A stretch of 62,288 bases of DNA, taken from Spirochaetia bacterium (GTDB lineage Bacteria; Spirochaetota; Spirochaetia; CADAEX01). The notes under the pieces were generated by a model that did not search any database, was not told the DNA's origin, and was given only the letters and a program-made list of their open reading frames with translations. Position 1 is the first letter of the stretch. The number at the start of each line of letters is the position of its first letter. Below are positions 28,246-36,477 of this stretch, piece by piece. The stretch is taken from positions 1-62,288 of the forward strand of contig JAFXTY010000029.1 in the NCBI GenBank assembly GCA_017535435.1. The letters run 5' to 3'. Both the position numbers and the translations under genes were made by a program.

Positions 28246-29196
28246 TTGTCCGGCGCATTTCTCCAAAGCAATCTATGGACCCTCTTTAAGGGCTCTTTTG
28301 AAATGGAGCCTTATTCTTTCCACTTCGAAGGTAAGCTTGTAAATGCATATCTTCGCCGTTTCTTTAAGGTCTTTTCCCTTATTTATATTCCTTATGCACC
28401 CATTGAGCAGGAAAGGCTTGAAGAGGTTTCTGCCTACCTTAAGCCCATGCTTCCGAAGAGTTGTCTCTTTATCCGCTGGGACCTGCCTTGGTATGTAAAG
28501 GAAGAGGGGGCGTGGCCAAATGCACCTGAATCCTTCCATAGGGCTACTATGGATGTCCAGCCTCCTTCCTCTGTTATCCTGAATATTTCCCGACCTCTGG
28601 AAGAAATCCGCAAAGGGTTTAAGGAGAGAGCCCGCAGGAATGTAAAGACTGCAGAGAAGAAAGGGGTTGTTATAACCTGTCATGGTGCTGAGAAAATTCC
28701 TGTCTGGTATAATCTTTATAAAGAGACTTCTGAAAGGGACAGAATTTCCATACATCCTGAGGTCTATTATCAAAAACTGTTTGAACTGGCCAAAAACCAG
28801 AAGAGGCTTGATGTGCGTCTTTATATGGCATCGGTAGATGGGGATGAGATAGCTGGAATCATAACCATATTTGACGGAGTAGAGGCTACCTATCTATATG
28901 GTGCCACTGCCAATCGGAAGAGTGAGACAAGGCCTGCTTATGCTCTCCAGTGGCGGGCAATCCAGGATGCCAAAGCTGCAGGTTGTCTGGAGTATGATTT
29001 CTTCGGTATGTCACCGACAGATGACCCTAATCATCCAATGCATGGTTTATATCTGTTCAAGACAGGGTGGGGTGGCACAATAATCCACCGTCCTGGCTGC
29101 TGGGATTATCCATGCCATCCGATTCTGTATCGGATGTTCCGTATAGCAGAAGCTGTCCGCAAGTGGTATTTCAAGAAGTTCAGGAAAAAGAAGTAA
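28246..29196 (+). CDS. FemAB/FemX-family peptidoglycan peptidyltransferase
   Basis: FLQS..W..FK, R.NVKTAEKKGV, ATYLYGA, ALQWRAIQDAK..G...YDFFG and GLYLFKTGWGG. Confidence 0.88.
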   Translation: MSGAFLQSNLWTLFKGSFEMEPYSFHFEGKLVNAYLRRFFKVFSLIYIPYAPIEQERLEEVSAYLKPMLPKSCLFIRWDLPWYVKEEGAWPNAPESFHRATMDVQPPSSVILNISRPLEEIRKGFKERARRNVKTAEKKGVVITCHGAEKIPVWYNLYKETSERDRISIHPEVYYQKLFELAKNQKRLDVRLYMASVDGDEIAGIITIFDGVEATYLYGATANRKSETRPAYALQWRAIQDAKAAGCLEYDFFGMSPTDDPNHPMHGLYLFKTGWGGTIIHRPGCWDYPCHPILYRMFRIAEAVRKWYFKKFRKKK

Positions 29197-30201
29197 TCAG
29201 GATTCCAGTGTGTATTCGGCTTTGAGTTTCTTCTCAAGGAGCATATAGGCTCTGTCCACAGCTCCCTCAATGGTGGAGGCTCCAGTCTGCCCTTCAGTGT
29301 AGTAGGGGGAAAGCTCCAGGGCTTCCTCGTTGTCCATAAGGACTGTATTCAGGGTATACTTTATCATCTGATTCGGATTGCCAGGCAGTTTATACTCATA
29401 CATCTCAACAGTACAAATAAGCTCATATCTGGATTCCTTAGGTGTGGTCTTGAATCCATAACTCTGCAGCTTTCCTGCAAACACCTTCTGAATTTTATTG
29501 TTCCAGTCGCCGGTGGTTCCTGCTATGGAAATATGGATAGGCACCTTCTGCTGCAACTGGCTCAATGCTTTCTTCACCTTGTTGGGCGAGATTATCTTAT
29601 CCTCCACCAGCATAGCATCTGCGCTGTTCAGGACAGTGAGGATAGATATATACTCGTTCTGCTTTTCTGCCAGATCAAAGGCACTCTTGTGGTTCATGCA
29701 GGCTGAGAGAGGGCTTTCATCCTCTGCTGTTGCAGTCAGTTCAACTATATCGTCATGCAGCTTTGCAATTTCCCGTGAATAGTAATTTGCCGCATCATAT
29801 TTATCAATAAGGGCCAGGGCGTAACATGTCCCGTCCGGTGCACTCCAGGTCAGCTTTATCTCGGCATTAATCAATGATTTTATATCTGTATGAAGAGAAA
29901 TATCCTGACTTATGCTTGTTCTCCCTTGATAATTCTGCCCCTGTGCGCCGTGGGACTCCGCTAAATTCTTTGAAGATTTAGTTTCTGCGCTTACGCTCTG
30001 ACCAAAAATAGAAGCAAGTGCATTGATAGCACTTGCCTCTGCTGCTTTTCTATCTTTACCAGTGCCTACTGCGGTAATATATGAATCTTTATCATATATG
30101 GCTGACGGATTATCAACCCACTCCGGGGGAAGTTCTGCAAAGCAGTTGGAGCATACCAGGAAGAGGCATAAACTGGCAATAAGATAGAAAATGTTCTTCA
30201 T
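29197..30201 (-). CDS. LPP20-family exported protein
   Basis: Signal peptide, PPEWV, YITAVGTG, A...A...LASIF. Confidence 0.65.
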   Translation of the reverse strand: MKNIFYLIASLCLFLVCSNCFAELPPEWVDNPSAIYDKDSYITAVGTGKDRKAAEASAINALASIFGQSVSAETKSSKNLAESHGAQGQNYQGRTSISQDISLHTDIKSLINAEIKLTWSAPDGTCYALALIDKYDAANYYSREIAKLHDDIVELTATAEDESPLSACMNHKSAFDLAEKQNEYISILTVLNSADAMLVEDKIISPNKVKKALSQLQQKVPIHISIAGTTGDWNNKIQKVFAGKLQSYGFKTTPKESRYELICTVEMYEYKLPGNPNQMIKYTLNTVLMDNEEALELSPYYTEGQTGASTIEGAVDRAYMLLEKKLKAEYTLES

Positions 30202-30202
30202 G

Positions 30203-31780
30203 TTATTTCAGACACTCCACCTGTACCAGATTCAACTGTCCGGCCTTAACTTCGACGGTTTTCTTGACAGGTTCACTTTCGCCAGGGAACTGTACGACAA
30301 CTTCATATGTGCCAGGATCAAGATCGATTCCGCCAGCCTGTACTTCTGCAGGATAGTAGTGGGCTCCTCTGATATCTGCATGATCGTTCATGAGAGCTGC
30401 CCTGATTTTGTCTCCTGCGCTTCCGAGACTAGCTTCTGCTGCTTTCCTTGCAATCGGGTTTGAAATGGTAGATGGGTCCGGGAGAAGCAGGTAGGAAACG
30501 AACAGAGGAATAGCCTTGAACATTGATCTGTACATACTTCTCCGTGCTGCCATATACTGCTTTCTTGCAGTGCATTTGCCTGCTATGGCACTTACATTCT
30601 CGATTGTCTCAAGTGGGAAAGTGTTTCCGTTGATGGTAACTGTGCATGGTCCTTCTTTCAATGTTGTTCTATTCCGAAGTCCTGAGTAAACAACTTTTAC
30701 CATTGCCCCGCTTAATGGATTGTTTGGTGCATTTAATCTGCTGGCGATATCAATGTTTGCATTCTTCAACTGTTCATTTGACTCAAGCTGGGATGTAAGG
30801 AATCCAGTAGGAGCTGGTGCACTGATTGGATCAGCCTCAACCTTCTCGGCCATCAGACCTTTCAGAGCCAATACATTGAGACGCGCCTTTCCTGCTGGAA
30901 GAGAACCTCTCTCTACCTCGGCTGTTGCTGGCATATGCTGTCCCTCATAGCTGTCCTGGGCATATGACTCTTTCATCTGCTTATACAGGAAATCTCTCTG
31001 ATCGCCATCCCGGTCATTATATTTGTTGTAGATAAGTGCCAGGTAATTTGCCAGTGCAGAATTGTGATATACAATATTTGCTGGCTTTGGAAGTTTCTCT
31101 GTGGATTCTTTGTCCAGTTCTCCTGCCCCGTTCATCTTTTCAGTGAGCGCCTTATTGTACTGATCCATTGCCAGTAGCATCTCCCGGATGTTCTTAAGGT
31201 CCTGGAATGCGGCGTCTGCAGTTGCTGGATTATCCAGTTTTGCCACTGCATCAAAGATAATCGCATAGACATCCTCATAATCATATGTCACATATGGCTG
31301 AGAGTATTCATCTGCAAAGAATGTTGACAATACAACCTTGTCTGCACCGGCATATTTCTCATTGAGTGTATCCATGTTTGCCACTGGGCCAAGGTGAGAG
31401 ATTGCTGCTTCATTCTCGTCTGCATACAGCTTGATCATTCCTGCATCCATGTTGTATACATCATCAGATCCAAGATAAGCTCTGTTGGTCTCATCTGAAA
31501 TGAGGGCATATGCATCTGCATATTCTCCAGCTGTTACAGCCGCATTGATTGGCACAAGATAATTGCCGGATTTTGCTTCCTTGGATTTTCCTGCTTTCTT
31601 CTTCTCTTTTGCCTTCTGCTTTTCAGCTTTCTGCTGCTCTTTAGCTGCCTGTTTGTCAGACTTGACTGTTTTCTCTTCCTTCGCACCATCTGTTGCCGCA
31701 CTCTTTTCTGTTGTGCCGCATGCTGCGAAGAACATTGTACAGAGCACCAAGATGAGTGCTCCCTTCAAAATCTTTTTCAT
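30203..31780 (-). CDS. COG3014-like lipoprotein
   Basis: Lipobox FAAC, Lys-rich linker, YDYEDVYA, and C-terminal ADIRGAHYYP...GGIDL.PG.Y. Confidence 0.6.
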   Translation of the reverse strand: MKKILKGALILVLCTMFFAACGTTEKSAATDGAKEEKTVKSDKQAAKEQQKAEKQKAKEKKKAGKSKEAKSGNYLVPINAAVTAGEYADAYALISDETNRAYLGSDDVYNMDAGMIKLYADENEAAISHLGPVANMDTLNEKYAGADKVVLSTFFADEYSQPYVTYDYEDVYAIIFDAVAKLDNPATADAAFQDLKNIREMLLAMDQYNKALTEKMNGAGELDKESTEKLPKPANIVYHNSALANYLALIYNKYNDRDGDQRDFLYKQMKESYAQDSYEGQHMPATAEVERGSLPAGKARLNVLALKGLMAEKVEADPISAPAPTGFLTSQLESNEQLKNANIDIASRLNAPNNPLSGAMVKVVYSGLRNRTTLKEGPCTVTINGNTFPLETIENVSAIAGKCTARKQYMAARRSMYRSMFKAIPLFVSYLLLPDPSTISNPIARKAAEASLGSAGDKIRAALMNDHADIRGAHYYPAEVQAGGIDLDPGTYEVVVQFPGESEPVKKTVEVKAGQLNLVQVECLK

Positions 31781-31792
31781 TAGTTTCTCCTT

Positions 31793-32383
31793 TTATTTTT
31801 TTCCAATGACTTTTTTGATTTCTTTATTCTCACCGCGCCATATCATCTCGCCTGTCTCGATATCAACAAGCTCTGCATATATGAAATATGTTCTAAGCGA
31901 TGTCTTGTTATCAGTATCCACAATAGTTTTTACTGAGCCTGTAAGAACCAGATCTGGAATCAGCTCGTTGGCCACTTCCTTTTGCTGGGACATATCTGCT
32001 TGCCAACTCTGACGTGCCATCCGTTCTTCCCTTATCTCCTCTATTCTTTTGCGGGATGCTATGAATCTGGCTTTCCCGGAGTTAAGGATTGCTGTGGTTA
32101 TGCCTTCTGTCAGAATGGATGTGTCAATATATTCACTGCTGTCATTTCTGAAAGAACCACCAGTAATAATAGGCCTGCGTCCAAGGTCTTCCTTATATCC
32201 CATGAAACTGCCGGAATTCAGGGCCTGTTCTATAAGGCTCTCAGAGACAATTCTGGCATCTGTGTCGTTCCAGTAGCCACTTAAATCAACCTGCTTGCCG
32301 GCATCTACCCGGTTCACTTTTTTCGCAAAACATGGGCAGGCTGCCAGCATGACAAGCAGCAATATACAGATTATCTTCTTCAT
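31793..32383 (-). CDS. LpoB/CsgG-like protein (penicillin-binding protein activator LpoB family)
   Basis: DLSGYWNDTD, F.NDSSEYIDT, LVLTGSV, ELVDIETGE.IW. Confidence 0.78.
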   Translation of the reverse strand: MKKIICILLLVMLAACPCFAKKVNRVDAGKQVDLSGYWNDTDARIVSESLIEQALNSGSFMGYKEDLGRRPIITGGSFRNDSSEYIDTSILTEGITTAILNSGKARFIASRKRIEEIREERMARQSWQADMSQQKEVANELIPDLVLTGSVKTIVDTDNKTSLRTYFIYAELVDIETGEMIWRGENKEIKKVIGKK

Positions 32384-33099
32384 CTGCTTACTTCGCTGCT
32401 AAGATCGGTGGTGGAAAGTTCCTTGGCAAGGTCATCTGCCATTGCCTCGGCCTTCTTCTGGTCTGCTGAGTCAAAGTCTTTGATGATAGTGTCCAGATAG
32501 CTGCTCAGAAGCTTTTGGTAGAGCTCTTTGTCTATGGTATAGAACTGAACAACATTGTATTCGTCTTTAACTGTTTTTTTGACATTGTCGATGATCCGCT
32601 GCTGTGCCCAGAAATCTGTTTTCTTCTGGAATCCGGCAAACTTTGCCTTTGTGCTTGAGGCATAGATTGCCTTCTGGGTTTTCTCCTTATTGGAGAGGAC
32701 ACCACTGAACCGCTGCTCAACTATAGTCTGGAGTGATGTGGCAATCTGATAATTGAACTCTGCATTCTGGAGCCAGCTCTGAACCAGTTCTAGGTTTGTC
32801 CCTTTTCCTTCAATCTTGAATATAGTTGCATCCTTGCAGTTGAACTTCTCCTTGAAGGAATCATAGTCATCCTGGAGGGCATCCATGAACCATTCCGGCA
32901 TCGGGGCTCCAAAAGCTTTGTTCTTATAGTCGATTATCACAGTCTGCGGGATGGCTGGGTTTGCGGCCTGCTGTGCAACTGCTGGCTGGGCCGGCTCTGC
33001 AGCCGGAGGTGTTTCTTTGGCTGCCTTTGATGTTGTTCCGCAGCTTATAAGAGCGATTGCAATTAAGCAAAGCACTGCGATTGAGGTAAATTTTTTCAT
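32380..33099 (-). CDS. Lipoprotein (LPP20-like)
   Basis: Lipobox LISC, Pro/Ala/Gln linker, IIDYKNKAFGAPMPEW. Confidence 0.65.
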   Translation of the reverse strand: MKKFTSIAVLCLIAIALISCGTTSKAAKETPPAAEPAQPAVAQQAANPAIPQTVIIDYKNKAFGAPMPEWFMDALQDDYDSFKEKFNCKDATIFKIEGKGTNLELVQSWLQNAEFNYQIATSLQTIVEQRFSGVLSNKEKTQKAIYASSTKAKFAGFQKKTDFWAQQRIIDNVKKTVKDEYNVVQFYTIDKELYQKLLSSYLDTIIKDFDSADQKKAEAMADDLAKELSTTDLSSEVSR

Positions 33100-33203
33100 T
33101 AATCTCTCCTTTTATACGCCAATTGAAGTATTAGGGAAATAAAATACAACTATTTCTGCGTATTGTCAACATATATTTACGCATTTTGAAGTATTATTTA
33201 ATT

Positions 33204-33539
33204 ATGGAAGCAAATTTCCGGAAGAACCTGAGAGATTTACTGGACTATAAATGTATTTCTGTCAAGGAATTAGCTGAAATGACCCAAATCCCTAAAAGGA
33301 CCCTAGAGAACTATCTGGGGAGCCGTGCTTCCATGCCGCCAGCCGATTATGCCCACCGGATTGCCAAGGCGCTCCATGTGACTGTGGAGTATCTCTTCTC
33401 GGATGAAGATGGCAGGTCTGACGATACAATCCCAGAATATGGTCTTGTCATGAACGAACTGAAGAATCTGCCCAAGGAAGATATAAAGATGGTGCTGGGC
33501 ATTGTACAGGCTGTGCTGAAGAATAAAAAACCAAATTAA
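33204..33539 (+). CDS. XRE-family HTH transcriptional regulator
   Basis: NFRKNL...SVKELAEMTQIPKRTLENYL...PPADYAHRIAKALHVTVEYLF. Start ATG 33204. Confidence 0.88.
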   Translation: MEANFRKNLRDLLDYKCISVKELAEMTQIPKRTLENYLGSRASMPPADYAHRIAKALHVTVEYLFSDEDGRSDDTIPEYGLVMNELKNLPKEDIKMVLGIVQAVLKNKKPN

Positions 33540-34238
33540 TAGAGCATCAAAATAAAATAATCTTATTATAAATATTAATAAAATTAATGCTTGAAAATTT
33601 TGAGCTGCACAACTCAATAATTCTTTTTTTCTGGCAAAAATGCAGTAAAAAAAAGTCTCTTGAATGATCAAAATGGGGCTGGCTATAGCTTTAGATAAAG
33701 TAAAAGCTAAAATACATAACTATTATTTATGAAAAAATGATGTTTGAAATGGACTTAAAGTTATGTCTGATAATCAATTATAAAAAAGTTTTATTTTTTT
33801 GAAAATTTTATCTGCTAAATACCCCTAAAAATCTGTATATAGGTGAGAGGGTTTTGGATCTGCCAATATGCAGAAAAACCTGGCAAAAATAAATGCAAAT
33901 ATTATTTAATTTATAAGATATAGTTATAACTTTAACTTTCGCTTCAGATTAATTTTTGGCACAAGAGGCATGTTTTAGGGTATATATAGTGAAGGGAGGG
34001 ACAAAATAAAGCACCCGCCCGCAAGCTACGGTCTGGCACGTGAGAAAAAATTTAACTTTTTTGCTTTAAAACCCTATGATTTCATAAAGTTGCCAAATCT
34101 GGCATCATAATCACTCGTCCAAAAACATTTCTTTATAATATAATTAAATAAAAACTTTTTTATTTTTTTTTCAACTTTTTGCTTTTTATAGCCCCTCAAA
34201 TTTCCCTTATATAAGTGAATTTTTTTTGAAAGGAGAAA

Positions 34239-34394
34239 ATGAAAATGATTTTTGAAGAAATTTGGACAGATGATGATGAATTTGATGAGATTGCCTATGA
34301 AGTGAACATCAATATGATAGAGGATGAATATCTGAAGGATTTGGAACACGAGGATGCATTGGATTATGGTGATTTTTCTAGAATAAAAGATTAA
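34239..34394 (+). CDS. Small, very acidic protein (51 aa; not in the ORF track)
   Basis: RBS AAGGAG 4 nt before ATG; MKMIFEEIWTDDDEFDEIAYEVNINMIEDEYLKDLEHEDALDYGDFSRIKD has 19 of 51 residues D/E. Confidence 0.65.
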   Translation: MKMIFEEIWTDDDEFDEIAYEVNINMIEDEYLKDLEHEDALDYGDFSRIKD

Positions 34395-34409
34395 CAGAAC
34401 GGTATTTAT

Positions 34410-34466
34410 AAAAACCTTTAAGGGACTGAGAAATCAGCCCCTTTTTTTGTCTTTGGAGGGAAAATG
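34410..34466 (+). repeat. Hairpin+RBS cassette repeat, copy 1
   Basis: AAAAACCTTTAAGGGACTGAGAAATCAGCCCCTTTTTTTGTCTTTGGAGGGAAAATG; near-identical to 34662-34720. Confidence 0.9.
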
Positions 34467-34643
34467 ACAAGGTTAGTAATTGACAGGAAGTTCAGGAAAG
34501 CGGGCTGGAGAATTATCCATGGTAAGTCACATGACCAGGCAGTGAGCCCAACGGGGCAGAAGGTGTCTTTGCCTCGGCATAGAGGAGATCTGGCTATGGG
34601 GACTGTAATTAACATCTTAAAAATGTCAATTTGCTGTAATTAA
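34464..34643 (+). CDS. hicA: HicA-family toxin (mRNA interferase), 59 aa; not in the ORF track
   Basis: MTRLVIDRKFRKAGWRIIHGKSHDQAVSPTGQKVSLPRHRGDLAMGTVINILKMSICCN shows the GW...G.SH...G..V..PRH..DL..GT...I.K pattern with His23. RBS GGAGG. Confidence 0.8.
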   Translation: MTRLVIDRKFRKAGWRIIHGKSHDQAVSPTGQKVSLPRHRGDLAMGTVINILKMSICCN

Positions 34644-34661
34644 AGCTAAAACACAACATAC

Positions 34662-34720
34662 AAAAACCTACAAGGGACTGAGAAATCAGTCCCTTTTTTT
34701 TGCTTTCGGAGGGAAAAATG
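34662..34720 (+). repeat. Hairpin+RBS cassette repeat, copy 2
   Basis: AAAAACCTACAAGGGACTGAGAAATCAGTCCCTTTTTTTTGCTTTCGGAGGGAAAAATG; perfect 10-bp stem with a GAAA loop. Confidence 0.9.
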
Positions 34721-34945
34721 AATCAATCAGTTAATGAATTGTGCATAAGATGTGCATTCTTTGATGTGAAGGAAGGGTGTGCCCTGGACCGGCACTGGAA
34801 ACGTGGAAAAGATGGCAAGATTACCTGTCATGACTTTATGCCCCCGGAGGCAATCACACTGCCTGCCAGCGACAGCCGGTATACTGTTGTCCATGGTATT
34901 GTGGATGTTTGGATGGGGCAAGGTTCTGAAAAAAGTTCAGAGTGA
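34718..34945 (+). CDS. Small Cys-rich protein (75 aa), putative metal finger
   Basis: ATG 34718 after the cassette RBS; C9-x2-C12-x8-C21-x15-C37. Confidence 0.6.
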   Translation: MNQSVNELCIRCAFFDVKEGCALDRHWKRGKDGKITCHDFMPPEAITLPASDSRYTVVHGIVDVWMGQGSEKSSE

Positions 34946-36418
34946 CGGTACCCACCGGTCGCCTTTAAGCTCCAGACCGTACTGTTCCCTCAGATTCCAC
35001 ACCAGCCCCTTCTGCACAGAGCGGACAGCCCTGACAAAGTCTGTGTCCTCGTGCTCGGAAAGGTAAGATCGGCAGCATTCCAGGTCGGAGGCCAACATAT
35101 TGTCCATAAGCAGCTTGGAGGCGATGAATCTCTCGTACTTTTCCACTGCGAATATCATCAGGTTGTCCAGCAGCCCTATGACTTCCCAGGTAATCTGCTC
35201 CGCCTGGGAGTACTGGCCGATATCCTTGTTCTGGTTGCTCAGCCGGATAGGAAGGTTTTCTATTATCCGGTCCAGGTTCTCCACCAGGTATTCCAGGTTG
35301 AATAGGCCAGTGGCGCAGTTGAACAGGATCGGTATTCCCGCATCCTCGTTCTTTTTTACAAACTCATTGGACACAGCCCGGCCGATATCGCCGCAGGTAA
35401 GGTGACCGTTCCTCTCCCTGATAAGTATTCCCCCCTTCACATCCATCGGTGTCTTGAAGGAGAAGTCGAAGGTGGCCTGCCGTCCTGAAAGGGCCAGTGC
35501 TGCAAGCTCGACTGGTGTTATAGTGAACCCGATGTTGTCCACATTCCCCAGGTAGACGAACTTTTTTCCCGCAGCCAGAAGCTTTTTATAGATGTCACGA
35601 AGCACTATGAAGTTCTGTCCATGTCCTCCGGGGAGTCCATAATAGCTGCCATCCTTGTCCTTGAAGAATGAGAGGGGATAGCCTGCCGATGTGGGGGTGA
35701 ATGCAGGAATCAATGGCTGTACAGCACTCTCCGGCTCTGTGACATCCACTCCGGTCCGGGTTATCAGATCCTTCAGAATAGGGGAGTTCTTGTATTCTTT
35801 ATACTTGGCCGCCAGTCTGGCATCGGTGTTGTCGCTGGTCATCTGGAAAATAGCGTGCTGATATTCTGATGCAGGCTTTCCGGTCAAAGCTTGGGACTGC
35901 TGGATATGCCTGAGCACAGAGCGCATCTTGAGCTCGATGAAGTCGTAGCCCGGGGAACCGTCCGGATTGATGTATGCAGGGGTTATTCCCTTGGGCTGCC
36001 CTTTGCATAACTGGGCCATCTTCCCGAAATCAGCCTCTGCCTGGGCAAAAAGGTCGGGATTGAACTTCGAGTTGTTCTTCACATCGCAGTAACTGGTGGC
36101 CATGCCGCCATTGAGAATGCCATAGGAGAGATAAGGAATCAGGTGGAGACCCAGCTGGTGCAGGGTATCATAGGTGAAGTGGCATGTCCCGTCAGTGCAT
36201 GGTACATCATCTATTGAGGAGTGCGGGATGCCGAACTTATCCAGCACTTTCTCGACCTGGGCTGCGCTGACAGGAAACTTCATATTTGAGCGGAGGATAA
36301 ATATATCCTTGCCGTCCGGGTGGGGAAGTATGTCGGCATCCAGGGTTTTCACATCAAGATTCCGGGATGCATTGACTGCTGCTAAAATCTTTTTGCCAAG
36401 CTCGAAATCAATTGCCAT
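34937..36418 (-). CDS. UTP--glucose-1-phosphate uridylyltransferase (UDPGP/UAP family)
   Basis: LNGGMATSY, VQPLIP, PGGHGQ, YLGNVDNIG, KTPMDVKGG and FNCATG. Confidence 0.82.
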   Translation of the reverse strand: MAIDFELGKKILAAVNASRNLDVKTLDADILPHPDGKDIFILRSNMKFPVSAAQVEKVLDKFGIPHSSIDDVPCTDGTCHFTYDTLHQLGLHLIPYLSYGILNGGMATSYCDVKNNSKFNPDLFAQAEADFGKMAQLCKGQPKGITPAYINPDGSPGYDFIELKMRSVLRHIQQSQALTGKPASEYQHAIFQMTSDNTDARLAAKYKEYKNSPILKDLITRTGVDVTEPESAVQPLIPAFTPTSAGYPLSFFKDKDGSYYGLPGGHGQNFIVLRDIYKKLLAAGKKFVYLGNVDNIGFTITPVELAALALSGRQATFDFSFKTPMDVKGGILIRERNGHLTCGDIGRAVSNEFVKKNEDAGIPILFNCATGLFNLEYLVENLDRIIENLPIRLSNQNKDIGQYSQAEQITWEVIGLLDNLMIFAVEKYERFIASKLLMDNMLASDLECCRSYLSEHEDTDFVRAVRSVQKGLVWNLREQYGLELKGDRWVPSL

Positions 36419-36477
36419 TATCTAATTTTATACCATATAAATATTTTTTACAATCTGCCGATTTATAAAGAGAACCT

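Noticed and set aside
28246-29196. FemAB in a diderm as an anomaly
   Set aside because: Spirochaete peptidoglycan with glycine on ornithine and FemAB homologues are known.
33708-33737. dif-like site (AAAATACATAA-CTATTAT-TTATGAAAAAA)
   Set aside because: CATAA and TTATG are separated by 7 nt rather than the canonical 6, the XerD arm lacks TTATGTTAAAT, and the context is very AT-rich.
34005-34050. c-di-GMP-I riboswitch-like CGCAAGCTACGGTCT
   Set aside because: No preceding GCAAAC plus GNRA-tetraloop hairpin and no tetraloop receptor; the resemblance covers only about 15 nt.
34410-34720. CRISPR array or type III toxin-antitoxin RNA repeats
   Set aside because: Only two ~58-bp copies, separated by a ~195-nt protein-coding gene; no cas or toxN/cptN/tenpN gene.
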